Assembly: GCA_964343085.1 (NCBI GenBank)
Contig: CAYFIF010000001.1
Span: 1 to 54,172, forward strand
Origin: an uncultured bacterium
Lineage (GTDB): Bacteria > Fidelibacterota > Marinisomatia > Marinisomatales > UBA1611
DNA: 54,172 nucleotides
Reading direction: 5' to 3'
Shown: positions 19,313-28,703 of the stretch, in pieces
Layout: each line of letters begins with the position of its first letter
Position numbering within the stretch: position 1 is the stretch's first letter
The notes under the pieces: generated by a model
The model's database searches: none
Told to the model about the DNA's origin: nothing
What the model saw: the letters and a program-made list of their open reading frames with translations, nothing else
Translations under genes and position numbers: made by a program

Positions 19313-22300
19313 ATGAGTAAACTGTTAAAATCATTAATGCTAATAATGTTGCCTGTTTTTTTAAATGGACAAATGATAAATAATTTTGATAGTGCGCCAG
19401 AGGAAGGATACTGGGGCTATGAAAGTTCTGAAAACTCAGATTCAACGCTTAGTAACGCGACTATCAGTTACATTCCATCTGGACCCGGAGTAGAGGGCGA
19501 CGGAGCTATGCAAATTGATTATAGTGTCCACAACAGTGAAGCATGGGGTGGTTATACCAAGATATTTCACATGGCTGGAGGAAATGATCCTGCTGGTGGA
19601 TCCTCTGTGGAGGGGACATGGATGCTAGCTGCTGAGGCCGGAGCAATGATGGTTGGGCCATCAGCTAATAGCGGTGAATGGTGGTCGAATTCAGTTGAAG
19701 ATGTTACAACAAGAGCATGTTTTTTTGATGATGAATATGTTTTCAACGCTGATGGTTCATTTCAAAATGTACAAGGTAGTGAGACTTGGTTAGAATCTTG
19801 GCAGGGTGTTGAAGCTGAACAATGTGGAGCTCCGGTTGCACCACATGATGGTTCAAATCCAGCCTCCTGGGCCTATGATGCTGCTACTGGCGCATTAACA
19901 CTTTCAGGTGTCGGGGCGTATCTTGGATTGCCGAAGGCTGTTAACGATGGAGAACTAAGCGCTGCAGAACCTCCTGCGGTTCCAGAAACAAGAACCTACA
20001 ACGCAACAGTTGTGGATGATACCATGAGGCTTGTTATTGAGTGCGGAACAGGATTGTTTTGGACTTTTAAGATGGTTGCGGTCGTTTCTACGCAAGAACT
20101 AGCAAGTTTATCTGATGATGTTCATTATTCGTTACTAGAGATTAGACCTACGGATGATGGTGTCTGGGACTGGTCGGGATATGATAGTATTTCTTTTTCA
20201 TACTATAATTCTATCCCTCAGGACTCTGCAGGTCGGGTGAACTTGAGGTTAAACTTGAGTGACTATGGTGATATTGCGGACCCTTCGAGCTACAATGGTC
20301 TAGGAGAGTATTACTATTCTTTTCTATATATTCTTGATAATGAACCAGGTTGGAATACTGTTACTATGCCACTTCTTCGTAATGATGACTGGGGTGGTGG
20401 TGGATTTAATCTTACTGGATGGGCTGGTGAAACAGGAAATGGTGAGCTTGACAAACATGCTATCGGGGGGTTCCATTTTGAATTTTCCGTAAGTGGTGGT
20501 GGAGATGGTGACCATGTAACTGGGACAATAGTGTTAGATGATTTTAGGTTAACTGGTTCACTCAATAAGTTGACAAACCCAGGGTTTGAGATTGAAGATG
20601 CGCAGGATGATGGAATGGGCTGGGGCTCAGCTATGGGTGGTGGACATGTGGATGTTTTAACTGATGCTTCAGTCGCACATAATGGTGATAATTACCTCAG
20701 CATTGGGGTTACAGATAATTGGGCTGTTTACTACACTGAGGACAGTATCCCTGCTCAATTTGGCGAGACCTGGCGTTTTAGTGGTTTTGGTAAAATGGTT
20801 CTAGGTGATACTACCGCTGGCGCAGCATTCAAGCTTGAGGCAAAGGATGTTGCGGGTACAATCCTTGGTACGACTGGGGATGTATTTCTTCAGTTAACGG
20901 AAGAGTGGGAGGAACACTCAATTGAGTTTGTGATGCCTGAAGGTACCCAAACATTGACAGCGGTTATTGTAGCGTCCCGGTGGGACGGTGTGGAAGTTGA
21001 TTACGCCTTTGACGATATGTTTCTAATGAGCATGGGGATTTTAGATGTCGTTCCACCTGCTCAGGTTGAAGATATCGGAGCTGTTCCCGCATCATACTAT
21101 AATTTGGTGACATGGGCTGATGTTTCTGGAGAAGATGGTGAAACATACAATGTTTATGCAAGTACATCGCCAATTACAGATATAACTGATCCTTCAGTAG
21201 ATGTCGTTGCAACAAACGTATTAGAAGGTAGTCAGGCTGCGGTACACTATCTATTTAATCCATTAGTGGATGCCAATGTTAGTTATTACTATGCTGTAGT
21301 ATGCAAAGATGCATCTAATAACGTTGGTCCTGCAGGCATGTCAGAGGTCTCGGTCCCTAACAATGCCAAAGGTGTTCCAACTGTTTCTCTTGAGCCGCCA
21401 ACAGCGTTTGCTGCTGATGGGGATTTATCAGAGTGGTATGATAGTGGGATTACGCCATTTATGGTTGGTGCAACAGAAAATTCTTATGGAACGCCTCATC
21501 TAGGTTTTGGAACGGTGGATAGCGATAATGATTTGCATGGAACATTTTACCTGGCTGTTGATAATGAATATCTATATATAGCGGCTGAAATATTAGATGA
21601 TGTTGTTGTCGATGATCAGGCTAATGGATGGTGGACCTCTGATGTTGTTCAGATCTGCATTGGGCTGTATGACCAGCGTGGACCAAAGCATGTAGGAATG
21701 GAAAGAGGTGAGGAACCTGACTATAAGATGTATTTTACTCCGGCTAGTGCTAATTCTGACAATGGCGCAGGGGTTTTAGCAGAGCATGGTGATGGTAACT
21801 ACTACTACGAAACTTTTAATCCGGACTATGTTTTTGAGTTTCGTATTTCACTAGATGATATCCTTATAGATGATGATGCTAGACTGACTCCATTAAATGG
21901 AATGCGAACACCTTTTGAGCCGATGATCCATGACAATGATGGTTCAGGTTGGGAGGGCCTTTTGGTATTGTCACCAATCAATAACGATAATGCGCATCAG
22001 ACCTGCGAGGTGTGGTCGAGCACATGGATCGGTGATCAGGCGACAACGATGAGCACGGGTAGTGATATTGTTTTAAATGAGTTTGCTTTACATCAGAACT
22101 ATCCCAACCCATTTAATCCAAAGACTACAATAAGGTTTTCTATTCCCGAGTTTCAGCTTGTTAATCTTTCGGTGTATAATATGCTTGGTCAGCAGGTGAT
22201 AACTCTCATAGATAAAGAACTTTCAGCTGGTTATCATGTTGCAAACTGGAACGCAGGAAATATTGCTTCCGGTATCTACATCTATAAATTAACATCTAAG

Positions 22301-22339
22301 GGTAAAACGCTTACCCAGAAAATGGTACTAATGAAGTAG
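19313..22339 (+). CDS. Secreted multi-domain putative glycan-binding protein (CBM4/9-like, FN3-like and CBM9/DOMON-like modules) with a T9SS C-terminal domain
   Basis: It has a signal peptide. Module motifs are LTNPGFEIEDAQDDGMGWG (CBM4_9-like), NLVTWADVSGEDGETYNVYAS..YYYAVV (FN3-like) and DGDLSEWYD..FYLAVDNEYLYIAAEILDD (CBM9-like). The C-terminus reads YPNPFNPKTTIRFSIPE..GIYIYKL. No catalytic motif was seen. The gene has its own SD and terminator. Confidence 0.6.
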   Translation: MSKLLKSLMLIMLPVFLNGQMINNFDSAPEEGYWGYESSENSDSTLSNATISYIPSGPGVEGDGAMQIDYSVHNSEAWGGYTKIFHMAGGNDPAGGSSVEGTWMLAAEAGAMMVGPSANSGEWWSNSVEDVTTRACFFDDEYVFNADGSFQNVQGSETWLESWQGVEAEQCGAPVAPHDGSNPASWAYDAATGALTLSGVGAYLGLPKAVNDGELSAAEPPAVPETRTYNATVVDDTMRLVIECGTGLFWTFKMVAVVSTQELASLSDDVHYSLLEIRPTDDGVWDWSGYDSISFSYYNSIPQDSAGRVNLRLNLSDYGDIADPSSYNGLGEYYYSFLYILDNEPGWNTVTMPLLRNDDWGGGGFNLTGWAGETGNGELDKHAIGGFHFEFSVSGGGDGDHVTGTIVLDDFRLTGSLNKLTNPGFEIEDAQDDGMGWGSAMGGGHVDVLTDASVAHNGDNYLSIGVTDNWAVYYTEDSIPAQFGETWRFSGFGKMVLGDTTAGAAFKLEAKDVAGTILGTTGDVFLQLTEEWEEHSIEFVMPEGTQTLTAVIVASRWDGVEVDYAFDDMFLMSMGILDVVPPAQVEDIGAVPASYYNLVTWADVSGEDGETYNVYASTSPITDITDPSVDVVATNVLEGSQAAVHYLFNPLVDANVSYYYAVVCKDASNNVGPAGMSEVSVPNNAKGVPTVSLEPPTAFAADGDLSEWYDSGITPFMVGATENSYGTPHLGFGTVDSDNDLHGTFYLAVDNEYLYIAAEILDDVVVDDQANGWWTSDVVQICIGLYDQRGPKHVGMERGEEPDYKMYFTPASANSDNGAGVLAEHGDGNYYYETFNPDYVFEFRISLDDILIDDDARLTPLNGMRTPFEPMIHDNDGSGWEGLLVLSPINNDNAHQTCEVWSSTWIGDQATTMSTGSDIVLNEFALHQNYPNPFNPKTTIRFSIPEFQLVNLSVYNMLGQQVITLIDKELSAGYHVANWNAGNIASGIYIYKLTSKGKTLTQKMVLMK

Positions 22340-22356
22340 TATCCGTATACACACAA

Positions 22357-22388
22357 AAAATGAGGGGCAAATAACTGCCCCTCATTTT
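22357..22388 (+). terminator. Rho-independent terminator
   Basis: AAAATGAGGGGCA-aataac-TGCCCCTCATTTT forms a perfect 13-bp stem with a GC-rich core. It is followed by a T-rich tail and lies 18 nt after the stop at 22339. Confidence 0.75.
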
Positions 22389-22452
22389 ATATTTTAACCT
22401 AGCAGATTATTTATATAATTTTTGTTCTAATCTTTACTAATATTTTTCAAGA

Positions 22453-25233
22453 ATGATAAAACGCTTGGCCCTTATTTTGATGCTTTCTTTTTCTTTTTCT
22501 CAGACAACGGGAAAGGTTTCAGGCGTTGTTTTAGAAAAAGAAAAATTAGGACCGCTTCCTGGGGCAAATATTTATCTTTTAAACACTCCTTACGGTGCCG
22601 CTTCCGATATTGAGGGAAGATTTACAATTATCAATATACCTCCTGGGAAATACACACTCAAAGTTGATATGATAGGTTACAAATCAGTTCAGCTGGATGA
22701 GCTTATTGTTTCTGTAAATAGGACAAGCTCGCTTGATATTGAGATGGAGTCAACTGTAATCGAGGGTGAGGTGGTTACTGTTGAGGTATCTAGGCTGGCT
22801 CAGAAGAAGGACCAAACTGGAACCATTAAAAATATTTCAGGTGAAGAGATTCAGGCACTTGCTGTCGAAAATATTGGTAGCGTTATTAACATGCAGGCCG
22901 GAGTGGTTAACGGACACTTTCGTGGTGGTAGAAATACGGAAGTGACCTACATGGTTGACGGTGTCCAGGTAGATGAATCTTTTGGTGGCGGAAGCGCAGC
23001 TGTTGACATCCAGCCAGAGGCCGTACAAGATCTAGAAGTGATAACAGGAACATTCAATGCCGAGTATGGACGAGCTATGAGTGGTGTTGTTAACATGGTG
23101 ACAAGAGATGGAGGGCCTAGGTTTGAGGGGTCGATTTCTGTGGCTTCGTCGTCCTATTTCACCAATAGTTTAGATGGTAATGGTGATACTATTTTTGTAG
23201 GACTAAATCCCAATCTTAATCGTAGTGAGGATCTAAAATTTAGTTTTGGTGGCCCAATATGGGGTGAGAAGATCACCTTTTTTACTAACCTGCGTAAGCA
23301 GAACAATAGAGGTCACCTCAATGGCATTAGAAGATACAAGCCATATGATGTTAGTGATTTTACATCAGATGATCCTGATGATTGGTGGTCAACTCAATCA
23401 GGAGACAGTTCTTATGTGCCGATGAATACGGGAGATAATTTTTCTTCACTACTCAAGCTTGGGTTTAACATTTTCAAAGGGATACGATTTTCTATTTTAA
23501 ACTCCTACAGCGATGATACCTGGTATTGGTATGACCATTCGATGAAATATAACCCAGATGGGAGAGCAGGAAATCATAAGAAGACTTATTACTCTGCTTT
23601 TCAATTAAATCACATGATTACTCCGAAGTTTTTTTATGAGCTCAAGCTAGCCTATATGGAAAATAATACAGGGACATACCTCCACCAAGATCCAATGGCT
23701 TATATCATTGCTGATGGTTCTAACTATGATCAATTATTCAACTATTTTGGAACCAATATACCAATCTATCATGATGGTTTACCTCATGAGGTGGGTGACA
23801 CTGTTTATCTGTATATCCATGATAGACATCTTGAAAATTATGGATCCGGCTTTTTTACGGGTGGTCAGCAGAAGGAACACACGAAGCACAGAGACATCGA
23901 TAAGACATTGAAGTTTGATCTAACCTGGCAGGCAAATCACAGTCACAATTTAAAACTAGGGGTTATGGGTATTACTCATGATGTAAAACATAAGTGGCGA
24001 CAGATAAGAAATAAATATGATGGACAGTCAAATGTTGATTATTGGGTTTATGAGCCAGAAGTTTTTCCTGACTCTACTGTGTATGCTGACATTTATAATG
24101 TTAGGCCAATAGAGGCCGCTGCTTACCTGCAAGACAAAATGGAATTTGAAAATATGGTCATTAATTTTGGAGTAAGATATGACTATTTTGACCCCGTAAG
24201 TTATTATCCCTCTGATAGACGAAATCCTGCTAATCAGTTAGTGCTTCCAGATTCGATGATGTCTGAATACATGGATGCGCCTATTATTGATCAGGTAAGT
24301 CCACGTATAGGGTTTGCCTACCAGCTCGGTAATCAAGCTGTACTACACTTTAGCTATGGTCACTTTTTTCAAATGCCACCGCTTTATTCTATGTATCAAA
24401 ACAAAAGTTTTTTGGTTGCTCCAAGCGATTATTCTACCACTATGGGGAATGTTCTTCTAGAACCAGAAAAGACAATCACCTATGAGATTGGTTTATGGCA
24501 AGAGCTAGCAAGAGGCCTGAATCTCGATGTCGCATTATTTTATCGAGATATATATAACCTGCTTAGTACAAAAATTATTTCTACATATAACCAGATTGAG
24601 TATGGTCTCTATAGCAACAAGGACTATGGGAATGCAAGAGGCTTAGAGGTTACCCTGGATCTGGGTTATGGATCGATCAAGGGTATGATCAACTATACCC
24701 TACAGTATACGAGGGGAAATGCGGATAACCCAACTCAGACCTTTACCCGAGCTGGGAATAATATGGATCCCGTGAATCGTTTTATACCTATGAGTTGGGA
24801 CCAGAGACATACACTAAATGGTACTCTGATGTACCTTGGACCACAATATGGTGCTACAATTACGGCATACTATAATTCGGGATCTCCATATACCTTTTCT
24901 CCCCAGAGCGAGAGTGTATTATCTAGGATTAATTTGTATCCAAACAATGATTATAAGCCCTCTAACTATACTGTTGACGCAACATTATATTATAGGTTCA
25001 AGCTTTTCGGCAGGTATAATGGTAATCTAGACCTCACTATTTACAACTTATTAGATAGACTAAATGAGTATGGCGTAAATAGTGAAACAGGTAGAGCATA
25101 TACAGCTGTTATAAGGGAGACAGATTATGCAGGTCATCGCAGCGATTTTAATGAATTTGAAGATAGAATAAAAAATCCATCAATGTTTTCAGCTCCGAGG
25201 ATGGTAAAACTTGCTCTAGGTGTTAACTTTTAA
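22453..25233 (+). CDS. TonB-dependent outer-membrane receptor (CarboxypepD_reg-like domain + plug + beta-barrel), SusC-like but with no SusD partner
   Basis: It has a signal peptide. The CarbopepD_reg-like region is GKVSGVVLE..GANIYL..SDIEGRFTIINIPPGKYTLKV. The plug region is ISGEEIQALAVENIGSVINMQAGVV..TYMVDGVQV. The 926-aa protein ends in ..LALGVNF, with the aromatic terminus typical of OMPs. Confidence 0.9.
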   Translation: MIKRLALILMLSFSFSQTTGKVSGVVLEKEKLGPLPGANIYLLNTPYGAASDIEGRFTIINIPPGKYTLKVDMIGYKSVQLDELIVSVNRTSSLDIEMESTVIEGEVVTVEVSRLAQKKDQTGTIKNISGEEIQALAVENIGSVINMQAGVVNGHFRGGRNTEVTYMVDGVQVDESFGGGSAAVDIQPEAVQDLEVITGTFNAEYGRAMSGVVNMVTRDGGPRFEGSISVASSSYFTNSLDGNGDTIFVGLNPNLNRSEDLKFSFGGPIWGEKITFFTNLRKQNNRGHLNGIRRYKPYDVSDFTSDDPDDWWSTQSGDSSYVPMNTGDNFSSLLKLGFNIFKGIRFSILNSYSDDTWYWYDHSMKYNPDGRAGNHKKTYYSAFQLNHMITPKFFYELKLAYMENNTGTYLHQDPMAYIIADGSNYDQLFNYFGTNIPIYHDGLPHEVGDTVYLYIHDRHLENYGSGFFTGGQQKEHTKHRDIDKTLKFDLTWQANHSHNLKLGVMGITHDVKHKWRQIRNKYDGQSNVDYWVYEPEVFPDSTVYADIYNVRPIEAAAYLQDKMEFENMVINFGVRYDYFDPVSYYPSDRRNPANQLVLPDSMMSEYMDAPIIDQVSPRIGFAYQLGNQAVLHFSYGHFFQMPPLYSMYQNKSFLVAPSDYSTTMGNVLLEPEKTITYEIGLWQELARGLNLDVALFYRDIYNLLSTKIISTYNQIEYGLYSNKDYGNARGLEVTLDLGYGSIKGMINYTLQYTRGNADNPTQTFTRAGNNMDPVNRFIPMSWDQRHTLNGTLMYLGPQYGATITAYYNSGSPYTFSPQSESVLSRINLYPNNDYKPSNYTVDATLYYRFKLFGRYNGNLDLTIYNLLDRLNEYGVNSETGRAYTAVIRETDYAGHRSDFNEFEDRIKNPSMFSAPRMVKLALGVNF

Positions 25234-28200
25234 TGTTGAATAAGATTTTAGTTAAGCTACTGATCTGCTTTTTTCTTCCTTTGCATCTTCTTTTTTCTCA
25301 GGGCAAAGAGTACCAAGGTCCAGAGGATCCAGCGGGTGATATTGCTGCTGAGAAAGAGGGCTACATGACAGGAAATAGAGTCTATATTTACTTTAGAAAT
25401 ACAACCGAGCTCTCCGACTGGCCAAGGGTAAATGTATCTAAATGGCCAAACAATCCTAATGGTTTGAAAATGACTGATGGTATTGGTCTACTTGTTGGAG
25501 CAAAGGTATATATTGAAGATGACGGAGATGCTGGGACAGTAGACACTATACCTATAACTGATCCATTAGACCTTTTCAACCCAAATAAAGAGCGTCACAC
25601 TCTATACTATCTACAAACTAGCTACAGGGAGGAAATGGACCTTGATCCTACTGGTACAGTAGAGTGGGGTTTTTACCCTGCGTTTGGTTATTTTAATGAG
25701 ACGGGTGAGTATCCTGCGCTATCCAATATACCAGGATCTTGGCCTTTAAACGGCTGGCCATCCACTGGATTTGAAACAAAATGGATCGGTGAGTGGAACG
25801 GACGCTTTGGTAGGGGGGTTACTTATGCTGATCAGGAGTCTTATTATGTTGTTAATGATGCACAAGACCAAGAAAACCTAGGCAGCGAAGATAATGTCAG
25901 GTACTATCCAAGGCCAGGTCGCTATATAGGAGACTTGAAACCAGATGTCACCGTACAACCAGGAGCCCCTTGGGGTGGTCTTGGTCTTAGGGTATCAGTC
26001 AGAGGGTTTCAGTGGAACAACCCTCAGGCAAGGGATGCAATATTTTGGGAGTATTCTGTTGCTAATATTTCAGACTATGATCTGAGGGATGTCGCCTTTG
26101 GTTATTGGCTTGATAATTCTATCGGTGGAGATGGTGATGATGATCTTGGATACTTTAATAAGCAGATAGATATGGCCTATTCTTGGGATATTAATGGGAT
26201 CGGAGCAGGTGGACTCCCAACGGGCGTCATGGGTTTTGCTTATTTAGAAAGCCCCGGGTTGGCCTATGACTATCGTGATAACGATAATGATGGTCTGGTT
26301 GATGAAAAAAGAGATAATGAAGCCACGGCCATTATAGGTGCAACTGAAGGAATAACAGATCTGAACGCATTTTTAGAGTTTTATAAACTGAATGTTGAGG
26401 ATCTCAAAGATCATTGGGATGCGGATGAAGATCAAGACTGGCAAGATGGTGAAGATCTAAATGGTGACGGGATATATCAGCTATCAGAAAACTATGGTGA
26501 TGATATAGGTATCGACGGAGTCGGACCCGGAGAGTTAAACTATAACGGTCCAGACTTAGACGGCTCGGAGTGTAACCACAAGCCAGATTTTTTAGAGGGC
26601 GTGGGTTGTGAGCCTAACTTCAACACAACAGATGTATCAGAGTCTGATATGGTTGGTCTAACAGCATTTCGTATGTTTCCTATACCTAGTCACGCTCCCT
26701 CCAATGAAACAACCTGGTTTAAGAATGATCAGGCAATGTGGGGGGTTATAGGTGTGGACTCACTTGAGGAGTACGTTGACAATGTATCTAATTTGGTTGA
26801 GGTATTCGCATCAGGTCCATTTCCTCTTTATCAGGGGAGGGTTGAGAGAATTTCAATGTCAGAACTTCATTCATATGATCCGCTGGAGGGACTCAGCTCG
26901 GAAAATCACACTGCACCTGCTTTATATGAGTTAAAGAGGATTGTTCAGGTTATATATGAAAAAGACTATCGTTTTGCACAGCCACCAGAGATGCCAACAA
27001 TTACCGCAACAGCTGGTGATAATAAGGTAATTCTAACTTGGGATGATATAGCGGATACAAAGACGCGAGATCCTTTTGTCGGTAATATCAATGATTTTGA
27101 GGGATATAAAATCTACAGATCTACGGACAAATACTTGTCCGATCCTGAAATTATTACTGATGGTTATGGAACGCCAATGTTTAAGAAACCGATATATCAG
27201 TGTGATCTTGATGACGGGATAAATGGATTCACTGATTTTGGTTTGGTTAATGGTATGGGATACAACCTGGGAACTGATACGGGTATATCTCATATTTTTG
27301 TAGATAATACGGTCCAAAATGGTAGAACCTATTACTACGCTGTTGTTGCCTATGACTTTGGTGCCCCTGATATTGGTCCCGGCATTGCACCCTCAGAAAA
27401 TAACGCAGTCATAGAGCTTGATGAAGCTGAGGAGGTACGTTCAGTTGGGAAAAATGTTGCCGTTGTTGTTCCTCACCAGCGTGCCGCTGGTTATATACCT
27501 CCTTCACTGGATATATTGGAGTCGAATTTGTTTGGATCTGGATTGGTGAACCCTTTGATCCGTGCTCAGGGAAGTCTCAAGCAGGGGCATGAATACGCTC
27601 TTACTTTTTTAGCCGATACTATTGAAGAGATAAGTGGGTATGAATACGGTTTTCAGTATGTCACAAATGGTTTGAAAATCTATGATTTGACTGATAGTAC
27701 TGTACTAGTTTATTCGGAGGACACGTCGAAATATATTGGCCAGAATCTAGTCTATCGCGACACATCAGATTTCTGGACTTTGAACCCTGAACAAAAAATA
27801 TATACCGATGTTTTTGATGGTCTGCAGGTTGAAATTGACCCAGATGTAGAAGTTCCGGAGTATAGTATTAATAGTTCAAAATGGATCAATGGTTACGGAA
27901 ATATGAGAATAACCCCAACGGTTGAGGAGGCACTTAAACTTGCTTGGAAATATCATATTGTTTTTACGGATAATGATTCTGCCTATGTCGGGATAGCCAG
28001 ATCAGGCACAGTAAGAGATGAAAATGGGAACTCAATAGGTTTAAAAAAAATAAATCAGCCTGCCATAAATTTTTATGTTCAGAATACCTCATTTATTGAT
28101 ACATCAACCGGACAGTTTCCGATTATGGATGTTGTTGCTCATGATGTAAATGAGAATGGCATCTTTGAGATTGCTCTAGATAGAATCTTTGTCGGCGCCA

Positions 28201-28703
28201 CAGTAGGTAGCAGGTGGAGAGCTACTGCGTTTATTATTGATTTTCAACTTGATTCTGCCTTGGATTATCCTGAAGCGGGTGATGTTTTTCAGGTGGACTG
28301 GAGGCGACCTTTTTTTAATACAGATACAATTAGGTTTACAGTTAAGAAAGAGACTGAGTTAGACATAGATAGTGTTAAGATAGATATGGATAGTATTAAA
28401 GTAGTTCCGAATCCATATGTTATGACCAATATGATGGAGTCAGCCGTTGCCAATCAGTTTTTAAATCAGCGTAGACGTATAATGTTTACTCATATACCTT
28501 CTGATTGCAGAATCAAAATTTTTACAGTAAGCGGTGTTTTGGTTGATGAGATTGTTGTAAATAATAAACCCGAAAATGGAATAATTCATTGGGATATGTT
28601 AACAAGAGAGAATTTAGAAATAGCCGCTGGAATGTATATATACCATATAGATTCAATTGAAACAGGTAAAGAAAAAGTTGGAAAATTTGCGGTAATTAAA
28701 TGA
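25233..28703 (+). CDS. 1156-aa secreted protein of unknown function with acidic Ca-binding-like repeats, an FN3-like module and a divergent T9SS-CTD-like C-terminus
   Basis: Its start overlaps the receptor stop (TAATG). It has a signal peptide (LHLLFSQG). Acidic repeats are DNDNDGLVDEKRDN and DADEDQDWQDGEDLNGDGI (about 26270-26540). The FN3-like module reads GDNKVILTWDD..FEGYKIYRS..GRTYYYAVVAYD. The C-terminus reads IKVVPNPYV..RIKIFTVSGVLVDE..GMYIYHI..GKFAVIK. I found no recognisable catalytic signature. Confidence 0.5.
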   Translation: MLNKILVKLLICFFLPLHLLFSQGKEYQGPEDPAGDIAAEKEGYMTGNRVYIYFRNTTELSDWPRVNVSKWPNNPNGLKMTDGIGLLVGAKVYIEDDGDAGTVDTIPITDPLDLFNPNKERHTLYYLQTSYREEMDLDPTGTVEWGFYPAFGYFNETGEYPALSNIPGSWPLNGWPSTGFETKWIGEWNGRFGRGVTYADQESYYVVNDAQDQENLGSEDNVRYYPRPGRYIGDLKPDVTVQPGAPWGGLGLRVSVRGFQWNNPQARDAIFWEYSVANISDYDLRDVAFGYWLDNSIGGDGDDDLGYFNKQIDMAYSWDINGIGAGGLPTGVMGFAYLESPGLAYDYRDNDNDGLVDEKRDNEATAIIGATEGITDLNAFLEFYKLNVEDLKDHWDADEDQDWQDGEDLNGDGIYQLSENYGDDIGIDGVGPGELNYNGPDLDGSECNHKPDFLEGVGCEPNFNTTDVSESDMVGLTAFRMFPIPSHAPSNETTWFKNDQAMWGVIGVDSLEEYVDNVSNLVEVFASGPFPLYQGRVERISMSELHSYDPLEGLSSENHTAPALYELKRIVQVIYEKDYRFAQPPEMPTITATAGDNKVILTWDDIADTKTRDPFVGNINDFEGYKIYRSTDKYLSDPEIITDGYGTPMFKKPIYQCDLDDGINGFTDFGLVNGMGYNLGTDTGISHIFVDNTVQNGRTYYYAVVAYDFGAPDIGPGIAPSENNAVIELDEAEEVRSVGKNVAVVVPHQRAAGYIPPSLDILESNLFGSGLVNPLIRAQGSLKQGHEYALTFLADTIEEISGYEYGFQYVTNGLKIYDLTDSTVLVYSEDTSKYIGQNLVYRDTSDFWTLNPEQKIYTDVFDGLQVEIDPDVEVPEYSINSSKWINGYGNMRITPTVEEALKLAWKYHIVFTDNDSAYVGIARSGTVRDENGNSIGLKKINQPAINFYVQNTSFIDTSTGQFPIMDVVAHDVNENGIFEIALDRIFVGATVGSRWRATAFIIDFQLDSALDYPEAGDVFQVDWRRPFFNTDTIRFTVKKETELDIDSVKIDMDSIKVVPNPYVMTNMMESAVANQFLNQRRRIMFTHIPSDCRIKIFTVSGVLVDEIVVNNKPENGIIHWDMLTRENLEIAAGMYIYHIDSIETGKEKVGKFAVIK

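Noticed and set aside
20314-20565. Minus-strand ORFs of 83 and 63 aa (one Pro-rich) lie inside the 1008-aa gene. Similar antisense ORFs lie inside the receptor and GH genes.
   Set aside because: These are antisense shadows of Gly-rich coding sequence (GGT GGT codons read as Pro-rich ACC/CCA runs on the opposite strand). They have no start context or motifs.
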